Below are positions 1 through 11,703 of a stretch of DNA of 64,000 nt, in pieces. Under the pieces are notes generated by a model. The model was not told where the DNA came from. It saw nothing but the letters and a program-made list of their open reading frames with translations, and made no database searches. Every line of letters starts with the position of its first letter. Positions within the stretch are counted from its first letter, which is position 1. The position numbers were made by a program, and so were the translations under genes. This DNA comes from Mobula hypostoma (lineage: Eukaryota): positions 167,154,001 to 167,218,000 of the forward strand of contig NC_086097.1 in assembly GCF_963921235.1 (NCBI RefSeq), in the 5' to 3' direction.

Positions 1-748
1 TATCACTCCCCCCAGTCCCCTCCTCCTCCTCCTCACCTGCCTATCACTCCCCCAGTCCCCTCCTCCTCCTCCTCACCTGCCTATCACTCACCCCGGTCTC
101 CTCCTCCTCCTCCTCCTCCTCCACTACCTCACCTGCCTATCACTTCCCTGGTCCCCTCCTCCTTCTCACCTGCCTATCACTTCCCTGGTCCCCTCCTCCT
201 TCTCACCTGCCTATCACTCCCCTGGTCCCCTCCTCCTCCTCCTCACCTGCCTATCACTCCCCTGATCTCTCCTCCTCCTCCTCACATGCCTATCACTCCC
301 CCAGTGCCCTCCTCCTCCTCCTCCTCCTCATCTGCCTATCACTCTCCCCAGTCTCCTCCTCCTCCTCCTCACCTTCCTATCACTTCCCCCAGTCCCCTCC
401 TCCTCCTCCTCACCTGCCTATCACTTCCCTTGTCCCCTCCTCCTCCTCCTCCTCCTCACCTGCCTATCAGTCCCCTGGTCCCCTCCTCCTCCTCCTCCTC
501 ACATGCCTATCACTCCCCCCAGTCCCCTCCTCCTCCTCACCTGCCTATCACTCTCCGCAGTCCCCTCCTCCTCCTCACCTGCCTATCACTTCCCCCTGTC
601 CCCTCCTCCTCCTCACCTGCCTATCACTCCTCTCGGTCCCCTCCTCCTCCTCCTCACCTACCTATCACTTCCCCCAGTCCCCTTCTCCTTCTTACCTGCC
701 TATCACTCCCCCCAGTCCCCTTCTCCTTCTTACCTGCCTATCACTCCC
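1..748. repeat. Pyrimidine-rich minisatellite, ~32-45 bp unit CACCTGCCTATCACTCCCCC(C)AGTCCC(CTC)n, truncated by the window start
   Basis: About 20 tandem copies of cacctgcctatcact(c/t)ccc separated by variable (cct)n tracts. The Pro/Ser-rich ORFs 286..1014 and 503..883 are translations of this repeat. Confidence 0.95.
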
Positions 749-1010
749 CCCAGTCCCTTCCTCCTTCCCTTTCTCCTGTGGTCCACTTTCCTTTCCTTCA
801 TCTCCAGCTGTTTACCTTTCCTACCCACCTGGCTTCACTTATCACCTTCCAGCTTGTATCCACCCGACCCCCCAACTTTTTGATTCTGGCTTCTCCCCAC
901 TTCCTTTCCAGTCCGGAGGAGTCTCAGCCCGAAACATCAGCTGTTTGTTCATTTTCATTCATGGTGCCTGACCTGCTGAGTTCCTCCAGCATTTGGTGTG
1001 TGTTGCTCCA
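749..1010 (+). mobile_element. Degenerate Penelope-like (PLE) 3' terminal (pLTR) fragment
   Basis: ccagtccggaggagtctcagcccgaaacatcagctg is a decayed hammerhead motif. It is followed by the cctgacctgctgagttcctccagcatttggtgtg tail shared with other PLE copies in the window. Confidence 0.65.
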
Positions 1011-1137
1011 TTAACCTGCCAGTTTAAACCAGTGCAATCAAGTACATTTGAAAATTACACATAATTAAACATGATAATTTACTAAAACTAAGTAATTTTT
1101 TAAGATTATCACCTGATATAAATCAATCAAGACTCAC

Positions 1138-1200
1138 CCAACTGAGCTGAGCAAGAAAGGCTGTCTTGGAATAATATAACTTGCCTTGCCTTGCCAGATA
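1138..1200 (-). CDS. Candidate 63-nt phase 0-0 internal exon (YLARQGKLYYSKTAFLAQLSW) of an unidentified host gene
   Basis: Minus strand reads gctttctttgtgttaag|TATCTGGCA...CTCAGTTGG|gtgagt: strong donor, pyrimidine tract, AAG acceptor, open frame, non-repetitive context. No homolog recognised. Confidence 0.3.
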
Positions 1201-1829
1201 CTTAACACAAAGAAAGCTTTAATGTAGATCAATCCAAGTGAATTATGGGAGTACTACATTCTATTGAATCACTTTGTAGAGTAGATCTTGTTAAGATGTT
1301 TAAACATTTCGGTCTTTATAAACATTTTTAGCTTAAATTGCAAGTGAAAATCTAGTGTGATTAACAAAATTACTTTGTGATTTTGCTCGTCTTTCAGGAG
1401 AATTGGAGAATCCAATGAAGCTTATACCGATTTAGTTTATTTCTACTAATCAGTTATAGTCATAAACAGCTTTCACACTTGGTCTACATCTCTGGAAGGG
1501 CATACAGCAACTTGATCCAGATGTTATACTAATTGGTGAACTGGCCTCCTTTAACATGTTATAAAATGCAGACATCCCACCTCTTCTGGAAGTTCCGGGA
1601 GTCTCCTGCGTATGGATAGTGGCTCCCTGATGCCCGGAAATTATATACAATATCCCGGAAATAGATTTTTTTGAGCGGGAGAGGGAGAGGGATAGCGAGC
1701 ATCCTGATTGGTCTCTCTTCGTGCCAAGGGTGGTCCCCAACCACCAGGCTGCGAGGAAACAATATGATTTGGCGATATGAAACAATATGAATCAGCTGCA
1801 CCTTTCCTTATTCCCTGTCACGCCCACTG

Positions 1830-2237
1830 TTGAATTTTAATGCATGTGAGGTCATCAGTGACCCAAGACGTGCAAAGGAATGGGTCCGTGACCCACTTGT
1901 GAATGTCCCCGGTGAACCTTCCATGTCAGCGCAGGAAGGAGATCAACTCCTCGAGCTTGCAGATGACGGTGGGCTGAAAAGTATGTTTGACATAACATCT
2001 CTGCCGGCATTCTGGATCAAAGTCAAGGCTAAATATCCTGAGGTAGCCACAAAATCACTGAAAACGTTGCTTCCATTTCCGACATATTTCTGCGAAGCGG
2101 AGTTTTCTGCAATGAATGCAACGAAAACTAAATTGCGGAATAGACTGGACATAAGGACCCTTCGAGTATCGCTGTCTCCCATCACCCCTCGATGGGACCG
2201 TCTTGTTGCACGGAAACAAGCCCGGGGCTCCCACTGA
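1830..2237 (+). pseudogene. hAT (Charlie/Buster) transposase C-terminal fragment
   Basis: LLPFPT(T)YxCExxFS and TKTKxRNRL motifs are present. The N-terminal and most catalytic regions are absent. Confidence 0.85.
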
Positions 2238-2363
2238 TTCAGCGATATTGGTGCGTTGCAATGATTTTATATGTTCACACGAGGAAAATATGTGCTGTGT
2301 ATTTAATATCCAAACGTTACTTAAAATGTTATGATGCTATTGACTTATAAGTGACTTATAATT

Positions 2364-2835
2364 CAGTGGTCCCCAAACTCCGAGCTGCGAAGAATACAGG
2401 GTGGCCGGAACGCACCCAGCACATCTTTAAGAAAAAAGGCGAACAAGCTAATTAATTAGGTGCCACCTGGCACGTAAATGTTGGCCCAGATCAGAGGCGA
2501 TTGCCGATTGCGTCATCTCTGATCTGGGCGGACATTTATGTACTGGGCGGCACCAGTAGAGCTACTAGGACTTGATGTTTCGATCCCTATGGTAAGTTGG
2601 CACTCTCAATGTTGGCAGTGGGTTTGGAATAGTGACAAGGACGGAGGGTAGGTACGTCATCGGGGTCATCAGGTGGGCACCCTCCTTCTTTGATGTTCTG
2701 TTGATAAGCCCACGTCGTCTCCAGAGGCTCAACGGTGCTACCTGGCTTGTTTGTTTCGGCTTTTTTCTTAAAGATGTGCTGGGTGTGTTCTGGCTACCAC
2801 AGCATTCTTTGCGGCCTGGAGGTTTGGGACCACAG
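2364..2835. mobile_element. hAT MITE with long imperfect subterminal inverted repeats
   Basis: CAGTGGTCCCCAAACTCC ... GGAGGTTTGGGACCACAG with an exact 8-bp TSD TTATAATT (2356-2363, 2836-2843). Internal inverted pair cacccagcacatctttaagaaaaaa / ttttttcttaaagatgtgctgggtg. Confidence 0.9.
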
Positions 2836-4648
2836 TTATAATTGACTTATCACCATATTCATGCGAGGAAAATATGCGGTGTGTTTAATATTAAATTCAT
2901 TAGATAACCCCCTTTAGAAATGAAATTGAGTGTATTAGCTGTTTAAAAGTGATTTATAGTTGACATATCACCTATATTCCGGTCATGTTTAACACCCACC
3001 CAAGCCACCCCCCCCCCAACCCCACCCCCCACCCCGGGTCGGCCGGTCTGCGAGAATATTGTCAATATTAAACCAGTCCGCGGTGCAAAACAGGTTGGGG
3101 ACCCCTGATTTAAACTAGCTGGCTGGCTGCCAAGGAGCTAAGCTATTGATTTCCTACGTGATGAGGCCAAACTCCCTGTAGACTTGCTTAAAGTTGTAAT
3201 AGAATAAACATGATTAATATAAGTACATATTTTAATGTCACATTTGCTGCATATACCCAACTTGGTTTACAGATTAGACAAAATCACTAAACAAAGTATT
3301 ACATACACCCTTGGAGGTGGACGGTCGGGGGTGGAATATGGGGTTGCGGGGAGGCGGGGGTGCTACCTCCCTGAAATGAGTTTTTGCAGGATGGGATGTC
3401 TGAAAATGAAGTAGGCCATAATCATAAGGACAATTCTTAAAGCCTTATTTGAGAAGACTCGGTAATTATTGAACAAACTCAGAAAGTCAAATAGCCACTG
3501 CGAAGAAAGAAACAACGTTAATGTCCTAGCTCAAGACCCTTCTGAAACATTAAATCTATTTCTTATTCCACAGATGCTGTCTTAACTTGCTAAGAGTTTC
3601 CATCATTTGCAGTTTTCCTTTGGATGTCCAGCATCCGCAGACTTCATAGTGATTTCCATTTTATGTCCTCTAATATCATCAACAAAGTGACTTGCGTTAG
3701 TTTACAGATGGCTATTCAGAACATCTTTACAAACAGCAACCACTCTTTGCTGCAACACGGAACTCAGTGGGTGGGGCAGCATCTACTATACAGAGTGAAA
3801 CAGACCGTCAACATTTTGTGTCAAGACGCTCCATTTGCATTGAAAAACAGAGGGGAGATGGTATGAAAAGGTGGAGAAAAGGATTGGAGCAAACACTGGC
3901 GGGCGGGCGGGCAGGCAGGCAGGGGTGATAAGCAGTCAGGGGAGAGGAAAGAGGAGATAATGCCAGAAGATGGGAGACAGCAGGGAGAAAACCCTCCACT
4001 CCCTCATCTGTCTATTCCTCCTCCATAAATGTTATGTGGTGTACAGAGTTTCCTTAGATTCTAGTATCTCCTGTCTCTTGTGCCTCAAGCACTTCTTACT
4101 ACTTGCTCCGTGTGGGCTTGGAATAAATCTTCCTGATTACAATCACACTTTGAATAATGTTAATTTCTGTCAGTGACATTTTGTCAAATCAGCACATTTC
4201 CCTCTAATTATTTGGGGAAAAATAACAGCTGTATTAATTTCATTGGTCATAACAAAGCTTTATTCTATTAACCATTTGAATGCTTTCAAAGGCCACCTAC
4301 TATAAAGTACCATACGTCAGTTCTAAAGAATGAGCTTCAATCTATCATTAGACCTTAGTACATATTAGCTTTGATGTTTAAAGTCACAAGATTGTGTAAC
4401 AGTAATCATGTGACTGAAATGTAGCGAGGACACCATAAAACATTAACATTTTTAAAGTTTCAAATGAAAATGTTCCAGTCTTAATTTTCAATCAGGTTTT
4501 ATTTTCCTCAGCAAAGATGGCAATGACTACAGAATGAGAGGTCCAGACACCAATGAGTAAATGAAATATTTCTGATGTATAAGCACTACTACAGTGTCAA
4601 GTTAATCGTATGCCAACGAGACAACTCATTGAATTTTATTTCTGATAA

Positions 4649-7351
4649 CACTGGACGTTTTTTCTCCCAAAGTGCTGCTTCCTCCGAATTTCTTTTGTTT
4701 ATAATAGACTGCTTGAAGCTGAACACAAACATAGTTTCAGACTACTTGTTCCTCCAAATTCCCACGTAATACAATAAATTAACTTTTATTGACTATATTG
4801 CATTTAATTGCATAACATTGCTGGCGCTTTGCAACTAAGCCAAAAATAGTTCGTTGATGATTTTCATTTGTACTCAGTGTCTGAGGCTTCTTGCTTAAGT
4901 GTTCAGCAATAATCAGCCAGCATTGATGGATTCCATTTGCAGTGATAACAGGCAAGACCAGGAACGGTAAAGGCAAGCAGTTGGAGAGATGGGTGGAGCA
5001 TTACTCTGAACTCTTCTCCAGAGAAAACAGCATCTCAGACAGCATGCTGGATATCGTGGAATGCCTGCCTGTCATGGAGGAGATTGATGCGTTTCCGACT
5101 GCCGAAGGGCTGAGTAAAGCCATCGACAGCCTGCCCACTGGGAAGGCACCAGGATTGGATGGCATTCCACCTGTTAAACCACCTGCACGAACTACTGACT
5201 GTGCCAGTGCTGGATAGAGGGAGCAGTACCGCAAGTCATGAGAGACTGCAACATTGTCACCATATACAAGAACAAAGGGGACAGGGGAATCGTTGGGAAG
5301 GTCTTCGCCTGCATGGTCCTGAACAGATTGCAGAAAATAGCCGAAAGGGTATATCCCGAGTCTCAGTGCGGTTTCAGGTCAGATTGACATGTTCTTCTCC
5401 CTTCAACAGCTACAAGAGAAATGCAGAGAGCAAAGACAACCACTCTACATCGCTTTCATTAAATTTACGAAGGCCTTCAATCTCGTGAGCAGAGACGGAC
5501 TGTTCAAAATCCTCACCAGGATTGGTTGTCTCCCGAGGCTCCTCAGGATAGTTCAGTCATTCCACACAGACATGAAGGGCGTCATTCAGTTCGACGGCTC
5601 TTTTTCGGAGGCCTTCAACATTCGCAGCAGTGTGAAGCAGGGCTGTGTGCTTGCCCCCACCCCGTTTGTCATCGTCTTCACAGTCATGCTGAAGCATGCC
5701 TTTGGAACATCAACTGATGGTGTCTACCTCCACACCAGATCGCACGGGAGGTTGTTCAGACTGTCCTGGCTGAGCGCAAAAACCAAGGTTCGTGAAGTAC
5801 TCATCAGGTTGTTTGCAGACGACGTGACACTGGCAACACACTCTGAAGAGCAACTGCAACGCCTCATGGACAGCTTCTCAAGGGCCTGCCAGGACTTCAG
5901 TTTGACCATCAGCCTGAAGAAGACCAACGTGTTGGGCCAAGGCGTTGAGCAACCCCCTGCCATTACCATCAACAACTACGAGCTGGAGGTAGTTCACGAG
6001 TTTACATACCTTGGCTCCACCATCACGGACAGTCTCTCCCTAGACCCCGAGATCAACAGACGGATCGGATGAGCAGCCTCAATATTCGCCAGGCTGACAA
6101 AGAGAGTCTGGGAGAACAGAAAGCTGACGACTCACACCAAGGTGGCAATCTACAGGGCCTGCGTCCTCAGCACACTGCTTTCCGGCAGTGAGACCTGGAG
6201 CCTCTACTACAAACAAGAGCAGCATCTCAACACCTTCCACCTTCGCAGCCTGAGACGCATCCTGGACATCAAGTGGATTGACTGAGTCACCAACAATGAG
6301 GTCCTGGACCACGCCCAGATACCCAGCCTCTTCACCCTGCTCCAACAACGCTGCCTCCGCTGGCTGGGCCACATACACCGCATGTCAGCTGGGAGGATCC
6401 CGAAAGACCTGCTGTATGGGGAACTGGCCTCCGGAAAGAGAGCACAAGGGCAGCCCCATTTTCGTTTCAAAGATGTCTACAAGAGAGACATGAAGTCACT
6501 GAACATGAACGTCAAGAGGTGGGAGGACATTGCAAGTGATCACTCTCACTGGAGGCTGGAACTACGCAGAGGTCTAAAAAGAGAAGAAGAGAAGCTGAGG
6601 CTTGCTGCTGAAGAAAAGCGCACTTGTCGGAAAAACAACACCAAGACAACACTGAAGGACAGCGCCTTCAAGTGCAGTGGCTGCAGCCGAGACTGTCACT
6701 CCCGTGTGGGCCTCTACAGCCACAACAGACGCGGCTCTACCAACACAGACTGAAGCAAGACTTTTCAGGTGCAGATCCATGGTCTCGCGAGACTAACGAA
6801 TGCCACAACTCAACTCAATACCGTTTCTCCATGACCGCAATGCCCTGTTAAACCTTTCACCATCCGCATCATTGACAGTGCTAAGATTTGCAGAGGTGAA
6901 GTCTAAATGGTGCTCTGTAGTTGTGGAGAGCATTTTCAACAACATCTTGGAACACCTTTCATGTGATTTTCTCCAGTCCCACTAAAAATTCTTTGAATTG
7001 CCTGTCATTGATTACCTGTTTGAGTTGCGGACCAACAAAAATTTCTTCCTTAATCTTGGCATCAGTTACTCTAGGAAACATGTCTCTAATTTCAAAATCC
7101 TTGCAGGAAATTTATAGCCTTCTTAAAACCTGTCCTGCCACATAGCATTTGCTCTGCCTACGTATGCCCAGGCATGCCTAGACAAGATAGAAAACCTTCC
7201 AGCTTGCATTGTGGGCAACATTTTAATTGACTTGAACTATGAATTGAAATAACAGATATAGGCACTTCATGGTGATTTTCATAGTTAGCAGCCCAAAATC
7301 CATAAGATATACCCAAAAGTATTCAGGAAATAAGATCTTCGTTATCCAATA
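4649..7351 (-). mobile_element. Chapaev3-like (CMC superfamily) DNA transposon, internally deleted and interrupted by an RTE LINE
   Basis: Manual minus-strand translation of 7082->6818 gives MFPRVTDAKIKEEIFVGPQLKQVINDRQF..EKIT*KVFQDVVEN..NYRA / HLDFTSANLSTVNDADGERF/QGIAVMEKRY. It resumes at 4947->4858 as YHCKWNPSMLADYC*TLKQE..YK*KS. The left end is TAA|CACTGGAC and the decayed right end is ATCCAATA|TAA. The family name is from recalled motifs (KIKEGIFVGPQ, HLDFFPxNLGAVSDEHGERFHQDI, MLADYCW). Confidence 0.75.
4948..6817 (+). mobile_element. 5'-truncated RTE-clade non-LTR retrotransposon (RT plus C-terminus), few disruptions
   Basis: ORFs 4942..5217, 5389..6072 and 6382..6753 give ERWVEHYSELF, KAPGLDGIP, AFIxFTKAF, VKQGCVLAP, LFADD, FTYLGS, RIPKDLLYGEL and a C-terminal CxxC..GLYSHxR finger. 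A 3' hairpin ggtctcgcgagact and a (caact)n tail follow. Confidence 0.93.
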
Positions 7352-7471
7352 TAATTGATGGAAATTGGATAGCCTCAAAATTAGGTTTAATTTTTATTCC
7401 CCATTTTTTCTTTGTGTAATGCTTTAATCCCTCAGTGAAATGAGCGTAAACTACTTGGTCAGTTTCCAGTA

Positions 7472-8531
7472 GATGTTTCAGGCCAAGACCCTTTGTCAGG
7501 ACTAACTGAAGGAAGAGTTAGTAAGAGATTTGAAAGTGGGAGGGGGAGGGGGAGATCCAAAATGATAGGAGAAGACAGGAGGGGGAGGGATGGAGCCAAG
7601 AGCTGGACAGGTGATTGGCAATGGGGATATGAGAGGATCATGGGACAGGAGGTCCGGGGAGAAAGACAGGGGGGAACCAGAGGATGGGCAAGGGGTATAG
7701 TCAGAGGGACAGAGGGAGAAAAAGGAGAGTGAAAGAATGTGTATATAAAAATAAATAATGGATGGGGTACGAGGGGGAGGTGGGGCATTAGCGGAAGTTA
7801 GAGAAGTCGATGTTCATGCCATCAGGTTGGAGACTACCCAGACGGAATATAAGGTGTTGTTCCTCCAACCTGAGTGTGGCTTCATCTTTGCAGTAGAGGA
7901 GGCCGTGGATAGACATGTCAGAATGGGAATGGGATGTCCCATTCTGACATGTCCCACATCCCATTCCCATTCTGACATGTCTATCCACGGCCTCCTCTAC
8001 TGCAAAGATGAAGCCACACTCAGGTTGGAGGAACAACACCTTATATTCCGTCTGGGTAGTCTCCAACCTGATGGCATGAACATCGACTTCTTGAACTTCC
8101 ACTAATGCCCCACCTCCCCCTCGTACCCCATCCGTTATTTATTTTTATACACACATTCTTTCTCTCTCTCTCCTTTTTCTCCTTCTGTCCCTCTGACTAT
8201 ACCCCTTGCCCATCCTCTGGTTCCCCCCCTCCCTTGTCTTTCTTCCCGGACCTCCTGTCCCATGATCCTCTCATATCCCCTTTGCCAATCACCTGTCCAG
8301 CTCTTGGCTCCATCCCTCCCCCTTCTGTCTTCTCCTATCATTTTGGATCTCCCCCTCCCCCTCCCACTTTCAGATCTCTTACTAACTTTTCCTTCAGTTA
8401 GAACTGACGAAAGGTCTCGGCCCGAAACATCGACTGTACCTCTTCCTAGAGATGCCGCCTGGCCTGCTGCGTTCACCAGCAACTTTGATGTGTGTTGCTT
8501 GAATTTCCAGCATCTGTAGAATTCCTGTTGT
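7472..8531. mobile_element. Fold-back Penelope-like element: inverted duplication of the GIY-YIG C-terminus and pLTR
   Basis: Arms 7472-7937 (-) and 7956-8531 (+) are near-identical inverted copies. Both encode HSHSDMSIHGLLYCKDEATLRLEEQHLIFRLGSLQPDGMNIDF (PLE endonuclease C-terminus). 17-bp TSD TTGGTCAGTTTCCAGTA at 7455-7471 and 8532-8548. Confidence 0.9.
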
Positions 8532-11500
8532 TTGGTCAGTTTCCAGTATATTTTTGGTGTTCTGAATATCTATCAGCTTGACTGCAATGATCCCATGACA
8601 ACAGTTATTGTGACAGATTCAGCAATCAGTGTTGGAACCACACCAAAGCAGCAGTGTTTACTGCCTCAGCTGTGCGGACGACACAGCCTCTCTCCTGAAC
8701 TCTTCAAAGCCAATTTGCTCAACAACAGATGTTAATATTGGTCAGAGAAGTTGTAATCAACACTATCTCATCTTGTTTCCAAATGATCTTAGATATTTTA
8801 AGTGAAATAGAACATGCATAATTATGCGAATGCAGTCCCTAAATGAGACTATAATAATTTAGAGAGATTTCTTTTGTGCTGCAAGTGTAAACGTAGATGT
8901 GTCTTGGATAGAGAAAGCAACGTTACTGTTCTGTAGTTTGGCAAAAATGAAACTTAACGTATATCATTTTGAATTAAGGTGATTGTTTATTAGCACGATT
9001 GCTGCAATCTCGTATTGAAAGGGAACCCATGAATCACTGACAAAACCTATGCCCTGTTTTCTCATGCGCACGCTATATTTTAGATCTTTGCTCAATGGCT
9101 GCACGTTCTTGCAGATGGCTGTTGTACTAAGAACTATGATGCCTTTGTAAATGCAAGATAATCTATTCCAGTTTTTTTTTGCTCAAGTGTAATCCTACCA
9201 TTTCAGCCCTGAAAACATCTGGAGCTTGTTAAATTCTATGGCAGGATGCCTAACTTCTGGACCGCGCTCTCTTTTACAACTTTGCCTCCCAAAATACTAT
9301 CCTTGATCAGCAAAAATCTGACAGAGGAAATATAATATTCTTCAAGTATCAACAATTTGATCAGCTTCCACTAAAACTATGAAACTAAACTAGTGTAGAT
9401 TATTTAGAAGTTTGAGATTTATACAAAATGAAAGCTTTGTAATATGCATGAAATGTTAAATAAAATAATCCTTGTAGCATGTATGTGAGACAGTCGTCGG
9501 ATTTCCAAACCTGTATTATGTAATATTATTCCAATACATAATAATGAAAATCAATAAACTGCAGATGCTGTAAATTTGAAGTTAAAAACAGAAAATGCTG
9601 GAAACACTCAAGTCAGTCAGCATGTGTGGAAAGAAAGACTGCTTATGCTTCAGATCTGAGAGAAACACAGGTTAGTTTTCAGCAGGAGGGAAGGTATGGA
9701 GGGATCAGTGGGACAAAGAAAAGATCTCCATTAGGGTGAGGCCAAGTGGGCCAATGAGAGCAGATACCAGTACATTGAACCTCCCTGTCAGTGTAATTTG
9801 GTGTGCAGAGCTGGCTTGGCTATGGAAACTAAATTTTAAAAGTCTGAGCTAAAATGATGACAGACAATAGTGATTAGTTCTGGTACACAGAAAGAACGAC
9901 AGGGCTACATAAAGAGAATTCAAGATCAAATCCAGAAGGTTGCAGTGGGCTTTCTTTCCACATATACTGCTTGACCTGCCAATATTTCTGACATTGTGTT
10001 TTTATTTCAGTTGGATGTAAAACCATCAGCTCATGTGTTATTTGTTTGTGTAAAAATGTATCTACATAAATATTAAACTAATGTCATTACCATGGATGCT
10101 GTTGATTTATAGTTGAACTGTTTCCCATCTTCCATTACTTGGCCCAACCCCATATATGCCTCAAGTAGTTACCAAGAGACTTCTTAAATGTAGTCAAAAA
10201 CTCTGCTTCCAGCACTCTCTCTGGCAGTGTATTCCAGAAACTCACCACTCTCAGGATGAAAATGCCCATTCAGATCATCTCTCACTCTCCCCCGCTCCCC
10301 ACCCCTTTCTCTACCTTTGATTATACAAATGAGTAGCTTGTGCATTGAAGGGAATTGGATAATCTATGGAAACAGGCAAGTTGTTTATCTACATGTGTAG
10401 GTAAGTTTGAAGTCCAGGTAAGTTTGTGACTGGGGTGTGGAAATGGGAATTAGAAATAACTCCAAAATTGAGGTTTTTCAACTGATCAGAATTCGAATCA
10501 GATTATCACACACACGTCGTAAAATTTGTTGTTTTGCTGCAGTAGTATAATGCAAGACATAAAAATTATGACAAGTTATAAACAATAAGCAAATAATGCA
10601 AAAGAATAGCAAAGTACATTTATGGGTCTACAGACCATTCAGAATATAATCTAAATAGTTGAAGAACTGTCTTTTCAGGTAACAACAACCTACTGAAGAA
10701 ACTGAGTGGAGTTTGGACAATCCAGAGTCTACAATATCCAGAGCCTACAACTCTTCAGTGTAGAGAATTTCAGAGATTCACCATCCTCAAAGAGACCCTG
10801 GAGTTTGTGGAGTGGGACTCAAGCACTCAAGTCTTGAACTGAGAGACAAGAGAGATACATCCCAAGCCATAGCTGTCAGCCAACACTCAATCCCTCCCAA
10901 CCAGCAGAAACCTATCAAACAGTTGACGAAAATGCCCAAGTTTCTTATCTGACTATATCTACCATCCTCAGTCAGAGTCAAAGACTCAGATAGCATACAC
11001 AGAAAAAGGCCCTCCAGCCCATCTGGTCCATGCCAACCAAGATGCCCATCTGAACTAATCCCATTAGTCCCTGCATTTGGACCATATCCCTCTAAAGCTT
11101 TCCTACCTGCCCAAGTGTCTTTTAATGTTGTTTATGTACCTGCCTCAACAACTTCCTCTTGCCACTCATTCCATTTATGGATGAGACTCTGGATGAAAAA
11201 GTTAACCCTCAAGTTTGGGTTAAATTTCTTCATCTCTCACCTTAAAACTATGCCTGCTAGCTCTTGCTTCCCCAACCATGGGAACAGGACTGTATGCATT
11301 CACCAGATGACAGCTTGGTCTCCTGATCAGAAAGTTCTAAACAGAGAATCAGTTAGCAGGATTGAAATGAGACACAGGGGTTAAATGCAAACTGTCAAGG
11401 AATTAGGTTTCTCACCATAAACACATCAGATGTTAAGATCTAGGCCAGTTAACTTCATAAAGAATGCATGGTTTAGCTTCCCATGAGACGTACAACGCCT

Positions 11501-11703
11501 GCCTAGATGGCAGGCACAGTAGTACTGTTGGAAGCACTTTCTATTCCCCTCTGAGTGTATACTTCTCCAGAAAAACTGTTGCAAAGACTTTTTAACAGTT
11601 AGCATTTCAACGTTGGTAGCATGTGTTACTGGTTTTCTCATTAAATAAACATTCACAACATGGTATGAGGGAAGCAGTTAAAAGGGGCAGAATTCATAAA
11701 ATA

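Larger units (their letters stand above)
1728..3107 (+). mobile_element. hAT Charlie/Buster-type deletion derivative with transposase C-terminus
   Basis: TIR-like ends ggtccccaacc (~1732) and ggttggggacccctg (3093-3107). ORF 1830..2237 (WVRDP...FWIKVKAKYPEVATKSLKTLLPFPTYFCEAEFSAM..TKTKLRNRL...KQARGSH) matches the hATC dimerisation region of Buster/ZBED5-like transposases. No matching TSD; the left end is damaged. Confidence 0.85.
1569..3402. mobile_element. Non-autonomous TIR DNA transposon (hAT-like), outermost of a nest
   Basis: Termini CAGACATCCCA (1569) and TGGGATGTCTG (3402) are inverted repeats. The direct repeat AAAATG flanks both sides (1563-1568, 3403-3408). Confidence 0.7.

Noticed and set aside
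286..1014. Pro/Ser-rich 242-aa extensin-like ORF
   Set aside because: It is a translation of the CCT-rich minisatellite plus PLE tail.
1830..2237. Domesticated ZBED5/SCAND3-like gene
   Set aside because: Only the C-terminal fragment is present, it is still between TIR-like ends, and it has small deletions in conserved motifs.
8404..8435. Hammerhead copies at 8404-8435, 7472-7503, ~27145-27180 and ~910-940 as active ribozymes
   Set aside because: Each has substitutions in the core, stem I or the ACGU palindrome; I treat them as decayed motifs.
9199..9317. Minus-strand AG...GT-bounded segment
   Set aside because: All three frames contain stops.
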